Source: Longimicrobiales bacterium
Lineage (GTDB): Bacteria > Gemmatimonadota > Gemmatimonadetes > Longimicrobiales > Gaopeijiaceae
NCBI GenBank assembly: GCA_965197725.1
Contig: CBDANQ010000061.1
Span: 160,001-224,000 of the forward strand
Length of the DNA stretch: 64,000 bases
Direction: 5' to 3'
Shown here: piece by piece, positions 48,551-60,083 of the stretch
How the letters are laid out: the number at the start of each line of letters is the position of its first letter
Numbering within the stretch: position 1 is the stretch's first letter
Notes under the pieces: model-generated
Seen by the model: the letters and a program-made list of their open reading frames with translations, nothing else
Told to the model about the DNA's origin: nothing
Database searches by the model: none
Program-made: the position numbers and the translations under genes

Positions 48551-48801
48551 CGTCGATGGTGCTCCGGCGTGAACGAGCCCGTCGAGACGACGGTCGGTCG
48601 CAGGGAAAGTGGGCCGAACCTTCGATGAAAGCAGTACGCAAATCAAGCAGGTTCAGTTCCGTTCTGGCCCGATTCCTGCGGTTTTCCGTGACGAGGCCGG
48701 GGTGGAGCAACGCTCGACCGGCTTTCGGTAGCTATCTTCCCCACGGCCGGTTTTATGGCCACACTGGCTGCGGACACGACAGCTCATGGAGCGTGGGCCC
48801 G

Positions 48802-50097
48802 ATGACGGCATTCGGACAAAAGACCTTTCTCATACTCGCTGGAGCCCTTCTCGGCGTTCCAACCGCGGGCGACGCCCAAGAGGCGGACTACCAGGACGAG
48901 CTGGCCGCGCTGGCTGCGAGTCCCGCGGTGGTCCGTGCCCTGCGCCTGGTGGAGGAGCGGGACGCGCGCACGATGGCAGACCTGCTCGAACTCACCGAGA
49001 TTCCGGCGCCGTCCTTCAAGGAACAGGCCCGTGGAGCTCGCTTCTTGCAGATGTTGATCGATCTGGGCGTCGACTCTGCTTGGATCGACACGGAGGGCAA
49101 CGTGCTCGGTTTACGGCGCGGAACAGGATCGGACGAGGTCATCGCGGTTGCGGGGCACCTCGACACCGTCTTCCCAGAGGGGACCGACGTCACCGTGCGT
49201 CAGCGAGGCGATACGCTGTTCGCTCCGGGTATCGCGGACGATACTCGTGGCCTCGTCACCGTGCTCGCGCTGCTGCGGGTGCTCAACGAGTCCGACATTC
49301 AGACGAACGCCAACCTGCTCTTCATCGCAACGGTGGGGGAGGAAGGCCTCGGCGATCTGCGTGGCGTGAAGCATCTGTTCCGGGACGGCGGCCCGCGGAT
49401 CGATTCGTTCATGTCGATCGACGGCGCGGGGCACGAGCGCATCACGCACAAGGGGCTCGGCTCCCACCGATACCGCGTCACCGTTCGTGGACCGGGCGGC
49501 CACTCCTGGGGCGATTTCGGAGCCCCGAATCCTGCCCACGCACTCGGACGTGCGATCGACTACCTCGACCTGGCTGCCGACGCGATCACGAGGTCTGGTC
49601 CCGCTACGAGCTACAACGTCGGGCGTCTTGGCGGCGGCACCTCCGTAAACTCCATTCCGTTCGAGGCGTGGATGGAAGTCGACATGCGGTCCGAAAGCCC
49701 CGAGAGCCTCACGAGAATCGATGAGGTCTTCCAGCGGGCGATGAACAGGGCGGTCGACGAAGCGAACGCACAGCGCCGGGATGGCGACGAGCTCACGCTC
49801 GACCTCGAGTTGATCGGGGACCGGCCCTCGGGTGAGATCGCCGAGTCCGATCCGCTCGTCCAGCGAGCGATCGCGGCGAGCCTCATGCTGGGTATCGAAC
49901 CCAGCCTCAACCGGAGCTCGACCGACGCCAACATCCCGATTTCGCTCGGCATCCCGTCGATCACGATCGGCGGTGGTGGTGAGGCCAGCGCGGTGCACGC
50001 GCCGGGAGAGTGGTTCCTCAACCGGAACGGTACCCTGGGCATCAAGCGCGCGCTGCTGATTATGCTCGCCCAGGCCCGTACCTTGATCGCGAGCTGA
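48802..50097 (+). CDS. M20/M25/M40 metallohydrolase, secreted
   Basis: GHLDTVF, PGIADD, GEEGLGDL, STDAN, HAPGE. Confidence 0.88.
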   Translation: MTAFGQKTFLILAGALLGVPTAGDAQEADYQDELAALAASPAVVRALRLVEERDARTMADLLELTEIPAPSFKEQARGARFLQMLIDLGVDSAWIDTEGNVLGLRRGTGSDEVIAVAGHLDTVFPEGTDVTVRQRGDTLFAPGIADDTRGLVTVLALLRVLNESDIQTNANLLFIATVGEEGLGDLRGVKHLFRDGGPRIDSFMSIDGAGHERITHKGLGSHRYRVTVRGPGGHSWGDFGAPNPAHALGRAIDYLDLAADAITRSGPATSYNVGRLGGGTSVNSIPFEAWMEVDMRSESPESLTRIDEVFQRAMNRAVDEANAQRRDGDELTLDLELIGDRPSGEIAESDPLVQRAIAASLMLGIEPSLNRSSTDANIPISLGIPSITIGGGGEASAVHAPGEWFLNRNGTLGIKRALLIMLAQARTLIAS

Positions 50098-50107
50098 TAG
50101 TTGCTGC

Positions 50108-52811
50108 CTAGGGACGGCTGTCCGCCGCCCCGTAGTAAATCCCGTTGAAGAGGAAGCCAAACGTCCCGTGCGGCTGTGCCCGGAAGGTGATGCTCGGGCC
50201 GAAGATGAAGAGCTTACCCTGACCGTAGTCGGCCTCGATCGCGCCGACACCGTCTTGCAGGTACCGCTCACCCCACGCCCACCCGCTTTTGAGCGGGCTC
50301 TCCGTGTCGTACCACCCGATGCGGCGCACACCCTGCGCTTCCGCACCTGCCATCAGCGCGAATGTTGGGCTATGGCTGAAGAGTACATTCACGCGTTCGC
50401 CGAAGCCGTGCGTGAGCGGGCTCCCATGGTCGACTTTCATATCCAGGACCGAGCCGGGCGTGAAGTACTGCTCGCGCGTGAGTGGGCTTCCGTTCTCGAT
50501 GAGGTGGTTGCTCACCGGGCAAGCCGGCGTGCCGCGCGAGGCTGGCCGAGGAGCCGATCGTGATCGCCGCACCCCCGTTTCGCACGTAGTCCAGAATCCG
50601 CGGCACCGTGCCGTCGACCGAGACGTTCCCCATGCGGCCGCGGTACTCTTCGGGAATCGTACTCGGATCAGGGCCGGGACCGCGCCCGTCGCGACCGTCC
50701 TCTTCGGCTGGGATGGCTCCGTCCTCGAACACGAGCACGTCGTACTGGGAGAGGTCGGCATTGTCCAGGTCCGGCGGATACAACACGTCGAAGTCGAACT
50801 CGAAGTCCTCGAGGATCATGCGTGTCCACCCCGACGGCATCGACCCTCCGTATTGATCCCACAGTCCGATCTTCACCGGCTCGAGCTCCATCGTGTTCCC
50901 GGCGGGGCGGTCGGCCACACCGACGAAGCTGAGCCCCTTCTCTACCGCTAGCGACTCTACGGTGGCGTGATCGGTCTCGAGGTAGAACGCGCCGGCGCTG
51001 AAGCTCCGCCCGCCCACATCAAGCTCGTCCGTATACCAATGCGCGCTGCCGCCCGCCGCGAGCACTCGATTCACCGCGGTGAAGGCGTCGTTGATGTGGT
51101 CCACCACGTAGCCGCGAGCGTTGGCGGCTCCGGCCACCATGCCGGCCGCGGGAGCCGAGATGATGTCGTCGATGAGGTCGAAGGGGCCGTCGAAGCCCTC
51201 CATGATGCGATCGAACTCGACGCCCATCTGCCAGGCCAGCGTCCAACCGGTGTTGTCGTACGGCGCGGTCGGCGGCGCGCCCGGGTAGGCGAAGTCGTTC
51301 GGATGCTGCTGCTTCTCGAACATGTCGAGCACGTGCGGCCGGAACGCCTGAGCGCCCTTCACCACGTAGGATCCCTGCGCGTACCGAGTGCCGGTGACCG
51401 TGAAATCCGCGCTCGCTCGGTGCACGTCCACGCCGTTGTAGAGCAGCGCGTTGACGAATTTCGTCGCGGTCAGGAAGTCACGCTGATCCGACGGAATGAT
51501 GAAGCCACGCGGGTCGCGATCCGCCGGATCGTGCAGGACCCGCTCCCAATCCGCCCGAGTGCCCTCCTCAATCACTTCAGCGGCGTCGTCGATCTCGAAG
51601 GGAAACGTAGTCCACGAGTCGGTGTTTCCGCGCTCGATGGCGTTGGTGCCCATCTGCCAGATGTTGAACAGCAGGTGGTCCGAGTTCCGCGACGCGAAGT
51701 CCAGAACCGCCCAGTTTGCGGTCTGCGAGTACTCGATCGACTGGCGAAAATGCCACGGACCGGGCTCTACGGGCAGAGGGAGATCCGCCCTCGGCATCTG
51801 TTGCCTGGGGAGGAACTGAATCTCGATCGGGGTCGGGTGGCCCTTCGTTTCGGTGAGCAGACCGATCATGTTCTTGAAGTACGGCGTGGTGCGCAGGCCA
51901 CCGTTCCACCACGTGGAGTAGCTTGCGCCGGAACGCATCGTGGTGCCGCCCTTGCCCTCGCGTACGAAGCGCTGGTGCATCGCCGAGCCGACCTGGTCGA
52001 GCCCCGTGATGATGAGCGGGTCGAGGTAGTGGTTCGGAGGATCTCGGAAGGGCGGCGCGAACATTATCGTGCCGTCCGGGCCCGTCTGGTGGTGGTTGTA
52101 CACGATCTGCGGGTACCAGACGCGATAAATCGACGTGTTGATGTTCTGTGACTCGGCCAGCGCGGCCATATAGAAATCGCGGTTGTTGTCGTGCCCGGCG
52201 TACTTGTTGTAGAGCACCGGCACCGCCCGTGTGCTGCGTGCCATCGGGTCGTCTTGCCGCATATACCAATTCGCGACGAGCGCGTGGCCGTCGGGGTTCG
52301 CGTGCGTCGCAAGAAGGATGACCTTGTCGAGGATGCGCATCGTCTCGGCATCGGTGTAGTCGCTCAGCCGATACACGAGCTCCATGAGCTGCTGGGCCCC
52401 GAGCACCTCGGTGGCATGCAGACCGCCGTCGATCCAGACCGTCGCCTTCCCCTCCAAGGCCATGGCGCGCGCCTGAGCCTCGCTGACTCCTTCAGCTTTT
52501 GCCATCGCGCGCGCGATCTCGCGATAGCGGTCGATGCGCGCATGGTTCTCGGGAGAGGTGATGATCGCCTGTAGATGCGGCCGACCCTCCTCGGTATAGC
52601 CGATGGTGTCCAGGATCATCCGGTCGGACTCGCCGGCCAGCTTGATCCAGTACGCGTGTAGGGCTTCGTAGTTGGGCAGCATGTAGTCTGCGCCGATCTC
52701 GTGCCCAAACTGCTCTTCCGGCGTCGTAACCCGGTACTGGGCCCAGGCGGGCATCGCGAAGAGAAGACCTGCGACCGTCAGGAGCGCAGACCGGAATAAG
52801 CGCTTCGTCAT
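50108..52811 (-). CDS. M14 zinc carboxypeptidase-like protein (1-nt frameshift at 50517-50519)
   Basis: GLHATE, NPDG, NNRD, HHQ; C-terminus continues in ORF 50108..50761. Confidence 0.82.
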
Positions 52812-52863
52812 GCTTCGTTCCTCTCCCATCTTGTTGGGCGACTCAAGGGGTTTGAGCAGTCAA

Positions 52864-54675
52864 TTAGTAGTCGACCGGCCTGAGATAGAACTCGCCGATC
52901 GCGCTGGAGGACAGTACCGCGACAGTCGGGAGCTCCCGCTTCCAGTGCGTGCTCTGCAGACGCCGCCGAACGACCTCGACCGCCTCGGGGTCGAACGCGA
53001 CGCGGACGAGCTCCTTCGCGCTGTAGCCGCGCACCATGGCGTTCAGGATTGGATCCGCGTCGTGATAGGACACTCCGATCTCATCCTCGTCGCTGACGCC
53101 CTTCACGAGATCAGCCGTAGCCGGCTTCTCGACGATCACATCGGGCACACCGAGGTGGCGCGCCAGCGCCCACACCTGCGTCTTGAACAGGTCCCCCAGC
53201 GGGTTGATCGGAGGCGAGTCGTCGGCATGCCACGTGAAGTACCCGAGCAGCCGTTCGCTCTTGTTGCCGGTACCGAGCGGAAGCGCACTCAGGCGGGCCG
53301 ATTGATCGAAGAGGATCACGGCGCGGAGGCGTGCCATCAGATTGCCCTTGCGCAGCGGCGAGATATCGGGCTCGTACTTCTCGACGTACCGGTCGATCGG
53401 ATCCGAGATCTCGATCGTGCGGGCGTGCGCGCCGGTCGCCTCGAGCGCCATCGCCGCGTGCTCGAGACTCTCGTCGCTGGATGTTCGGTACGGCAGCCGG
53501 AAGCCGTACACGTTGTCAGCGCCCAGTGCCCTACAGGCTAGGAAGAGTGAGACCGCCGAGTCGACCCCTCCGCTAACGCCCACGACGACGCGCTCGAAGC
53601 GACGTCGCCGCCGCACCTCCTCGCGGATGAACTCCACCAGCGTGCGTTCGACGAGCTCGAGGTCGAGTTCCAGCTCGGAAGGGTTCTTGAGCGCCGCGTC
53701 GTCCGTGGGGATCGGTCCGCGCCCCACCAGCGCCGATGTCGGGTCTTCTGGGTCCCGTTCGGCCTCCGGGTCGTCCTCGACCTCAGAAGCACCCGCCCTC
53801 GGGCGTGTCGCTTCCAGTGACCGCTGGAGGTGGGGCAACATTTGTTCGAGGTCGGACAGGAGCGGTGAAACGACGCGGGCCCGGTCGATCGACGAAGCGT
53901 CGAGGGAGGCGATCGTCACGGCCTCGTCGAGGAGGGGTCCGCGTGCGAGCACCCCCCCGTCCGGTGCGACCGCAATCGACCCGCCGGGGAAAAGCTTGCC
54001 GCCCTCGGACCCGACAAGCTGAGCGACGACCACGAATACCCCGTGCTCGATCGCAGCGCCGGGGGCGACCTGCTCCCACCGCTCGAGGTTGGCGGGACGT
54101 CCGCCCGAACCCGCGGTGAAGTCTCGAGCAGGCGAAGCGCTGACGACCACCAGAAGCTCAGCGCCACCCAGTGCCAGGATCGTCGCAGGCAGCGAGTGCC
54201 ACATCTCCTCGCATATCATGATGCCGACGCGCCCGAACCGCGTATCGAAGGCCCGAATCTCCGCGCCCGTCTCCACGAACCGAGCCTCGTCGAAGACACC
54301 GTACGTGGGCAGAAACATCTTCCGATGCACGTGTCGCACGGCCCACGCGCCGTCGCCCGCCTCGAGGTAGACGGCGCTGTTGTGCAAGCGCCGGCGCCAG
54401 CGCTCGTAAAAGCCGATCACGACGTCGGGCCCGCCTGCTGGCGGTGGGCCGAGCCTCTCGATCAACCGCTCGACCGTCAGCGCGGCCTCTGCGACACCAC
54501 CCTCGAGGAAGTATCCGCTGAGCGCCGCCTCGGGAAAAACCATCAGGTCGGTCTGGTTCGCATGGGCCCCGATAATATCGCATGCGGCCTGAATATTCCG
54601 GGCGATATCAGCCTTCGTGGGCTTGAACTGTACCAGCGCCACCCGGAGCGGAGGGCGGGCCTCGGTTGGGCTCAT
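52864..54675 (-). CDS. nadE: Glutamine-dependent NAD+ synthetase
   Basis: Nitrilase domain (FPE, HRK, ICEE) plus SGGVDS, GTGNKSE, KPATADL. Confidence 0.93.
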   Translation of the reverse strand: MSPTEARPPLRVALVQFKPTKADIARNIQAACDIIGAHANQTDLMVFPEAALSGYFLEGGVAEAALTVERLIERLGPPPAGGPDVVIGFYERWRRRLHNSAVYLEAGDGAWAVRHVHRKMFLPTYGVFDEARFVETGAEIRAFDTRFGRVGIMICEEMWHSLPATILALGGAELLVVVSASPARDFTAGSGGRPANLERWEQVAPGAAIEHGVFVVVAQLVGSEGGKLFPGGSIAVAPDGGVLARGPLLDEAVTIASLDASSIDRARVVSPLLSDLEQMLPHLQRSLEATRPRAGASEVEDDPEAERDPEDPTSALVGRGPIPTDDAALKNPSELELDLELVERTLVEFIREEVRRRRRFERVVVGVSGGVDSAVSLFLACRALGADNVYGFRLPYRTSSDESLEHAAMALEATGAHARTIEISDPIDRYVEKYEPDISPLRKGNLMARLRAVILFDQSARLSALPLGTGNKSERLLGYFTWHADDSPPINPLGDLFKTQVWALARHLGVPDVIVEKPATADLVKGVSDEDEIGVSYHDADPILNAMVRGYSAKELVRVAFDPEAVEVVRRRLQSTHWKRELPTVAVLSSSAIGEFYLRPVDY

Positions 54676-54867
54676 GGACGGTGGATCTCGTTTGAGTCTC
54701 GGCCTCATGCCTCCGACCCTTTTCTGGACCGATGGGTGAAAAGTATCCCTTCGGTCCATATGTTGCAGGGGTGGGTCCCGCAGGCCCTGGTAATGCACGG
54801 AACGCGGTCCCGTACGCGGGGGTTAGAGGACACATATGACGACTACGCCGACGCCGAGGGCGCCCGC

Positions 54868-56682
54868 ATGAGATACCGTTTCGCAACGTTGACGCTGATC
54901 CTGGCGCTCACCGCCCCGAGTCTGGGCGGGAGTCTGGGCGCGCAAGACACCGCGACCCGTCCGAACTCGAGGGTTGAGACACCGCCCGAGCTCGAGATCC
55001 TCGCGCAGGCCGTGGAAGCGATCACGACGATGCACATGGACGGCTTCAGCGACTCCACTCTGTGGGGGGCGGCGCTCGAGGGCCTCACGCTGCTGATTCG
55101 GCGCAACTCGGACGAGGCGCTCGAAGAGCCGCTCGTGTTGGCCGACCTCCTCACCCCAGTTGAGCAGGTCGGGCAGTCGACTGAGCCCGAGATCCTGGCA
55201 CAAACCGTGGCTAGGATCTCCCGGCTGCGCATGGACGGTGTCAGCGACTCCACGCTGTGGGAGGCGGCGATCGACGGCCTCATCAGGGCGCTCGATGACC
55301 CCTATGCGGAGCTCTTCACCGAGGGCGAGTCGGATGCGTGGGAAGAGGAGACGACCGGCAACTACTCCGGCATCGGCCTCCAGATTACTCAACTCAACGA
55401 AGAGGTCACCGTCACGGCCGTCTTCCGTAGCACGCCCGCCAATCAAGTGGGGATCATCGTCGGCGACGTCATCGTAGGCGTGAACACGAACGATGCGTCG
55501 GACTGGACGACGGGCATGGCCGCGGACTCGATCCGGGGTCCGGTGGGTACCGTTGTGCTCGTGAAGATCAAGCGCGCTGGGTTCGAGGAGCCCATCGGGT
55601 TCGACATTACGCGCGCGCAGGTGCACGTACCGGCCGTTCACTACGGCGTTCTCGAGAGTGGCATCGGCTACATCTTGCTCGACCGGGTGGCGCGGAACGC
55701 CGCCCGGGAGATGAACTCCGCGCTCGCTGAGCTCGCCAATACGCGGGGGCTCGTCATCGACCTGCGTAGGAACCCCGGCGGCTTCCTCGACGAGTCGCTC
55801 ATGTTGGCCGACCTCTTCCTGAAGCCCGGCTCGACGCTCGCCAGCACCGTGCAGCGTATACCGGACGCCGAGGCGTATGAAACGGGGATCGACTCCTACA
55901 ACGACCGTTGGCCTCAGTTGGTTCCGGATCTCCCGATCGTGGTGCTGGTCGACCGCTTCACCGCGTCCGGAGCCGAGATTCTCGCCGGCGCCCTCCAGGA
56001 CTACGATCGCGCGCTCGTTCTGGGTGAACGCTCGTTCGGCAAGGGCGTCGTACAGACCGTAATGCGACTACCGTACAACCGACGCCTGCGTTTCACGACC
56101 GGCCGATGGCACACGCCGCTCGGCCGCTCGCTTCAGCGGGCAAGAGACTCACACTTCCGTCCGATCGCGGAGGACTTGGACACGTTCCCACGTGTCACGA
56201 CCGCTCAGGGGCACTCGCTCATCAACGGCGGTGGGATCTTTCCCGATCTCGCGGTGGGGGACGACACGACCACGGTTGTCGAGCGGGAGCTGATCAAGGC
56301 CGTGAACGACCACGAGGTTCCGCTGGGGCTCCGCCTCGCCGAACTCGGCTTCAAGGCCGCCAGCGCCCGCCGGGAAGACGCTGAGGGCCTGCGTCTCACC
56401 GATGCGGAGTTCGATCGTTTTATGACTCTTCTCGCGGAAGAGGGCCTCGCCGAGGACCAGCTCTCCGATTCCGGCGTCCGAAAATACTTGCGCTGGCGGG
56501 GTCGTATCAACGTGGCTCAGCGCATGGATGATCTGGGTGCGGAAGCCGACATCCGAATGGAGCGGGACCCTGTCCTGGCCGAAGCTGTGCGTCTGCTACG
56601 GACCTCGACCTCTCAGGCGCAGCTCTTCCAGGCTGCCGACGCCGAGGGGGTGCGCCGGGGTCAGGGGGCGGGAGGGCTTTAG
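54868..56682 (+). CDS. ctpA: S41A C-terminal processing protease
   Basis: DPY, GIG PDZ, DLRRNPGG, TASGAE, FGKG. Confidence 0.9.
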   Translation: MRYRFATLTLILALTAPSLGGSLGAQDTATRPNSRVETPPELEILAQAVEAITTMHMDGFSDSTLWGAALEGLTLLIRRNSDEALEEPLVLADLLTPVEQVGQSTEPEILAQTVARISRLRMDGVSDSTLWEAAIDGLIRALDDPYAELFTEGESDAWEEETTGNYSGIGLQITQLNEEVTVTAVFRSTPANQVGIIVGDVIVGVNTNDASDWTTGMAADSIRGPVGTVVLVKIKRAGFEEPIGFDITRAQVHVPAVHYGVLESGIGYILLDRVARNAAREMNSALAELANTRGLVIDLRRNPGGFLDESLMLADLFLKPGSTLASTVQRIPDAEAYETGIDSYNDRWPQLVPDLPIVVLVDRFTASGAEILAGALQDYDRALVLGERSFGKGVVQTVMRLPYNRRLRFTTGRWHTPLGRSLQRARDSHFRPIAEDLDTFPRVTTAQGHSLINGGGIFPDLAVGDDTTTVVERELIKAVNDHEVPLGLRLAELGFKAASARREDAEGLRLTDAEFDRFMTLLAEEGLAEDQLSDSGVRKYLRWRGRINVAQRMDDLGAEADIRMERDPVLAEAVRLLRTSTSQAQLFQAADAEGVRRGQGAGGL

Positions 56683-56712
56683 CTCTAGCCGAGCGAGACG
56701 TACAATCGCCCC

Positions 56713-57621
56713 TCAGTTTCGGGGGTGAAATCGTCGGTGCACGTCTCGGAGATATTCGCGGTCGACGTGGGTGTAGATCTGTGTGGTCGAGATGTCGGCG
56801 TGACCCAACAGCTCCTGAATCGCAGCCAGGTCCGCCCCGCCTTCCACCAGGTGGGTCGCGAAGGTGTGCCTGAGGGTGTGTGGAGAGACGTTCTTCACGA
56901 TTCCCGCTCGCCTCGCCGACTTCTTGACGAGCTTCCACACGGACTCCCGCCTCATCCGAGTCCCCCGGGCGTTGAGGTACACACGGCCCTCGCCGCGGCC
57001 CTTGTCGAGTCGCGGGCGCACCTCTCGGAGGTAGCGCTCCAGTGTCGTCACCGCCGGACCACCCATGGGCACGATTCGTTCCTTGGAGCCCTTGCCGAAC
57101 ACGGTCACGAACGCTTCATCCAGATCGAGGCCGGACAGCGGCAGGTCGACCAGTTCGGAGACTCGGAGCCCGGAGGCGTAGAGCAGCTCGAGGATCGCCC
57201 GGTCCCGCCAGAAAAGTGGTCTCTCGGAATCTGGGGCATCGAGTAGGCGCAACACCTCGGTGAGCGTCAGGAAGTCCGGCAGCTTCCGGGCAACGCGCGG
57301 ACTCTCCAAACGCTCGGTCGGATCGACCTCGAGTAGGCCTTCCGACAACAGGAAGCGGAAGTACGTGCGAACCGCGGACTGCGCCCTGCGGATCGACGTC
57401 GCGGCGAGTCCGGCGTCGTTCAATCCGAAAATCCACTCGCGGAGCAGGTCCGGGGTCACTTCCCCGGGGTCGCCCACTCCCCTCTCTGACACGGACCTCC
57501 ACCAGCGGGTGAGATCCCGTTCGTAGGCGGACACCGTGCGCGCGGAAAGTCCTCGCTCGAAGGTGATGTAGTCGTTGAACTGCTCGAACCGAAACGGGCT
57601 CGGAATCGACGACTCATTCAC
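56713..57621 (-). CDS. xerD: Tyrosine recombinase XerD
   Basis: LYASGLRVSE, GKGSKER, HTLRHTFATH, LLGHADISTTQIY, HPR; housekeeping context. Confidence 0.88.
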   Translation of the reverse strand: MNESSIPSPFRFEQFNDYITFERGLSARTVSAYERDLTRWWRSVSERGVGDPGEVTPDLLREWIFGLNDAGLAATSIRRAQSAVRTYFRFLLSEGLLEVDPTERLESPRVARKLPDFLTLTEVLRLLDAPDSERPLFWRDRAILELLYASGLRVSELVDLPLSGLDLDEAFVTVFGKGSKERIVPMGGPAVTTLERYLREVRPRLDKGRGEGRVYLNARGTRMRRESVWKLVKKSARRAGIVKNVSPHTLRHTFATHLVEGGADLAAIQELLGHADISTTQIYTHVDREYLRDVHRRFHPRN

Positions 57622-58267
57622 CGAGGTCGCGCTCCGATGCTGTCCCGGAGTGCGGGGACGCCTCCCGCGGATGCCGCGTGCGCCACCACCAGAGGGCCAA
57701 CGGCACCGCGACCGCCACCGCGACGACGAGCAGGACGCCGTTGATGCGCCCGAGCAGCGCGCGCAGCACGTCCAGGTTGTGCCCCGCCAGCGCCCCGAGC
57801 CAGATGAGCGCACCGTACCAGATGGCGGAAGCCAAGGCGATCGGAATCGCTACGAGGATCAACGGCTGGTGGCTAACCCCTGCGAAGACCGGAACGATGG
57901 AGCGGAGCCCCGGCAAGAACCGAGTGAGGAAGATCGCCGCGGTCCCAAAGCGATCGTAGAACCTGGCCATGCGCTCCATCTGATGAGGTCTCAAGACTCG
58001 CCTCCCCCAGCCGGCCTCGAAGAACGGCTGGCCATGAATATAGCCGAGCCGATACATGGCGAGCGCGGACCCCACGTTCAACGACCACGTGGACACGAAG
58101 ATCCACCGCGGGTCCAGCTCTCCGACCGCCGAGAGGAATCCACCCAGCGCCACGAACGTATCCGCCGGGATCGCCGGCAACACGTTCTCCAACGCGGCGC
58201 CGACGCCCAACAAGACATAGACCACCGCAGCCGGAACACCCTCTACCCAGCTCAGGAAGTTGGCCAC
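57614..58267 (-). CDS. DedA-family membrane protein
   Basis: ENVLP.IP, RFLPGLR. Confidence 0.9.
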   Translation of the reverse strand: MANFLSWVEGVPAAVVYVLLGVGAALENVLPAIPADTFVALGGFLSAVGELDPRWIFVSTWSLNVGSALAMYRLGYIHGQPFFEAGWGRRVLRPHQMERMARFYDRFGTAAIFLTRFLPGLRSIVPVFAGVSHQPLILVAIPIALASAIWYGALIWLGALAGHNLDVLRALLGRINGVLLVVAVAVAVPLALWWWRTRHPREASPHSGTASERDLGE

Positions 58268-58270
58268 GCG

Positions 58271-58771
58271 TCACACGCCTTGCGCCGAGCCACCACCGAC
58301 CTGGGACTCGATCAGCGCGACCGCGTGCACCGCGATGCCCTCCCCCGCGCCGATCCAGCCCATGCCTTCATTGCTCTTACCCTTGATCGAGATCAACGTC
58401 GACGAGATCCGCAACACCTCACCGAGACGCAAGCGCATGGCCTCCGCGTGGGGTCCGATCTCGGGGCTCTCGCAGATCACGGTGACGTCCACGTTCACCA
58501 CCCTGTAGTCTCGCGCTTCCAGGACCTGCCCGGCTCGAGCGAGCAGATCCATGGAGTCGGCATCCTTCCACTCGTCGTCGTCGGAAGGGAAATGACTGCC
58601 GACGTTTCCGGCGGCGGCCGCGCCCAGCATCGCGTCGATGATCGCGTGCGCGACCGCGTCACCATCCGAGTGCCCGGAGAGGCCGGCGTGATCAGGAATA
58701 TGCACACCGCCCAGGACGAGCTCCCTACCCTCTTCAAAGCGATGTGAGTCGTACCCGGTCCCGATTCTCAT
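58271..58771 (-). CDS. ispF: MECDP synthase
   Basis: GYDSH, GHSDGD..HA..DA.LGA. Confidence 0.95.
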   Translation of the reverse strand: MRIGTGYDSHRFEEGRELVLGGVHIPDHAGLSGHSDGDAVAHAIIDAMLGAAAAGNVGSHFPSDDDEWKDADSMDLLARAGQVLEARDYRVVNVDVTVICESPEIGPHAEAMRLRLGEVLRISSTLISIKGKSNEGMGWIGAGEGIAVHAVALIESQVGGGSAQGV

Positions 58772-58781
58772 GCCGCCCGCG

Positions 58782-60059
58782 TCAGTCGTCCCAGCGCCGG
58801 ATCGCCAGGCAGACGTTGTGCCCACCGAAGCCGAAGGAGTTGCTGAGCGCCAGCTCGACGGGGCGCTTGATCATGCCTCCGTGCGCGTACTCCAGATCGC
58901 AGTCAGGGTCCGGGCCCTGATAGTTGATGGTCGGCGGGATCCGGCCGGTCCGGCACGCCTGGATGCAAGCGATCGCCTCGAGCGCCCCCGCGGCTCCGAG
59001 CAGGTGTCCGGTCATGGACTTCGTGGAGCCCACGACGGTGTTGTACGCGTGATCACCGAGCACCGCCTTGATCGCCGCGGTCTCAATCGCATCGGCCATG
59101 GTCGAGGTTCCGTGGGCGTTCACGTAGTCCACTTCGTCCGGCGCCGCACCCGCGTCCTCGAGCGCCATGCGCATGGCGTTCTGAGCCCCGAACCCGTCGG
59201 GCGGCGGCGCCGTGAGGTGGTACGCATCCGCCGAAAGACCGTACCCGACGATCTCCGCGAGAATCTCGACGCCGCGCGCCTCGGCATGGTCCAGACCCTC
59301 CAATACCAGAGCGGCAGCGCCCTCACCCATCACGAACCCGTCCCGGTCGGCGGAGAACGGTCGGCTCGCACCGGCCGGGTCGTCGTTGCGAGTCGACAGC
59401 GCCCTCATGGAGGAAAAGCCAGCGAACGTCATTGGGGTAAAAGTCGCCTCACCACCCCCCGCAATCATGATGTCGGCATCGCCGTGGCTGATGTGGCGCA
59501 CGGCGTCTCCGATCGCGTGCGCCGAGGAAGCGCACGCCGACACGGTGGCGTAGTTCGGACCCTGCAGATTCCACCGTATGGAGATGAGCCCGGCCGAAAT
59601 GTCCGGGATGAACATCGGGATGAAAAACGGGCTCACACGCTTGGGGCCGCCCTCGAGCAGGCGCCTGTGCTGCTCCTCGAAGGTCCCGACCCCACCGATG
59701 CCGCTGCCGAAGATGACCCCGAAGCGGCTCGGATCCATTCCGTCTGGCACGCCGTCCGCGAGTCCGGCCGAGGGGAGCGCCTGCGCAGAGGCCGCGATCG
59801 AGAAGAGCAACACGCGGTCGAACCGCTTCGCTTCGCGCCTTTCCACGTAGTCCATCGGATCGAAACCCTTCACTTCACACCCGATCCGACAGGGGAACTC
59901 ATCGGTCGTCTCCCAGAGCGTGACGGGGCCACCACCGCTGGTGCCTGCGAGCAGCGCGTCCCACGTGCTCGGTAGGTCGTTTCCTACGGGCGATACCACG
60001 CCCATCCCGGTGACGACCACGCGTCGAGCTCGATGCCCCGGCTCCTGCCCCGTAGTCAT
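58782..60059 (-). CDS. fabF: 3-oxoacyl-ACP synthase II
   Basis: SACAS, NAHGTST, KSMTGH, SNSFGFGG. Confidence 0.96.
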   Translation of the reverse strand: MTTGQEPGHRARRVVVTGMGVVSPVGNDLPSTWDALLAGTSGGGPVTLWETTDEFPCRIGCEVKGFDPMDYVERREAKRFDRVLLFSIAASAQALPSAGLADGVPDGMDPSRFGVIFGSGIGGVGTFEEQHRRLLEGGPKRVSPFFIPMFIPDISAGLISIRWNLQGPNYATVSACASSAHAIGDAVRHISHGDADIMIAGGGEATFTPMTFAGFSSMRALSTRNDDPAGASRPFSADRDGFVMGEGAAALVLEGLDHAEARGVEILAEIVGYGLSADAYHLTAPPPDGFGAQNAMRMALEDAGAAPDEVDYVNAHGTSTMADAIETAAIKAVLGDHAYNTVVGSTKSMTGHLLGAAGALEAIACIQACRTGRIPPTINYQGPDPDCDLEYAHGGMIKRPVELALSNSFGFGGHNVCLAIRRWDD

Positions 60060-60083
60060 GCTGCCTTTACGGCGCACAGCGAC

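Noticed and set aside
56713..57621. Mobile-element integrase
   Set aside because: XerD-like sequence embedded in a housekeeping operon
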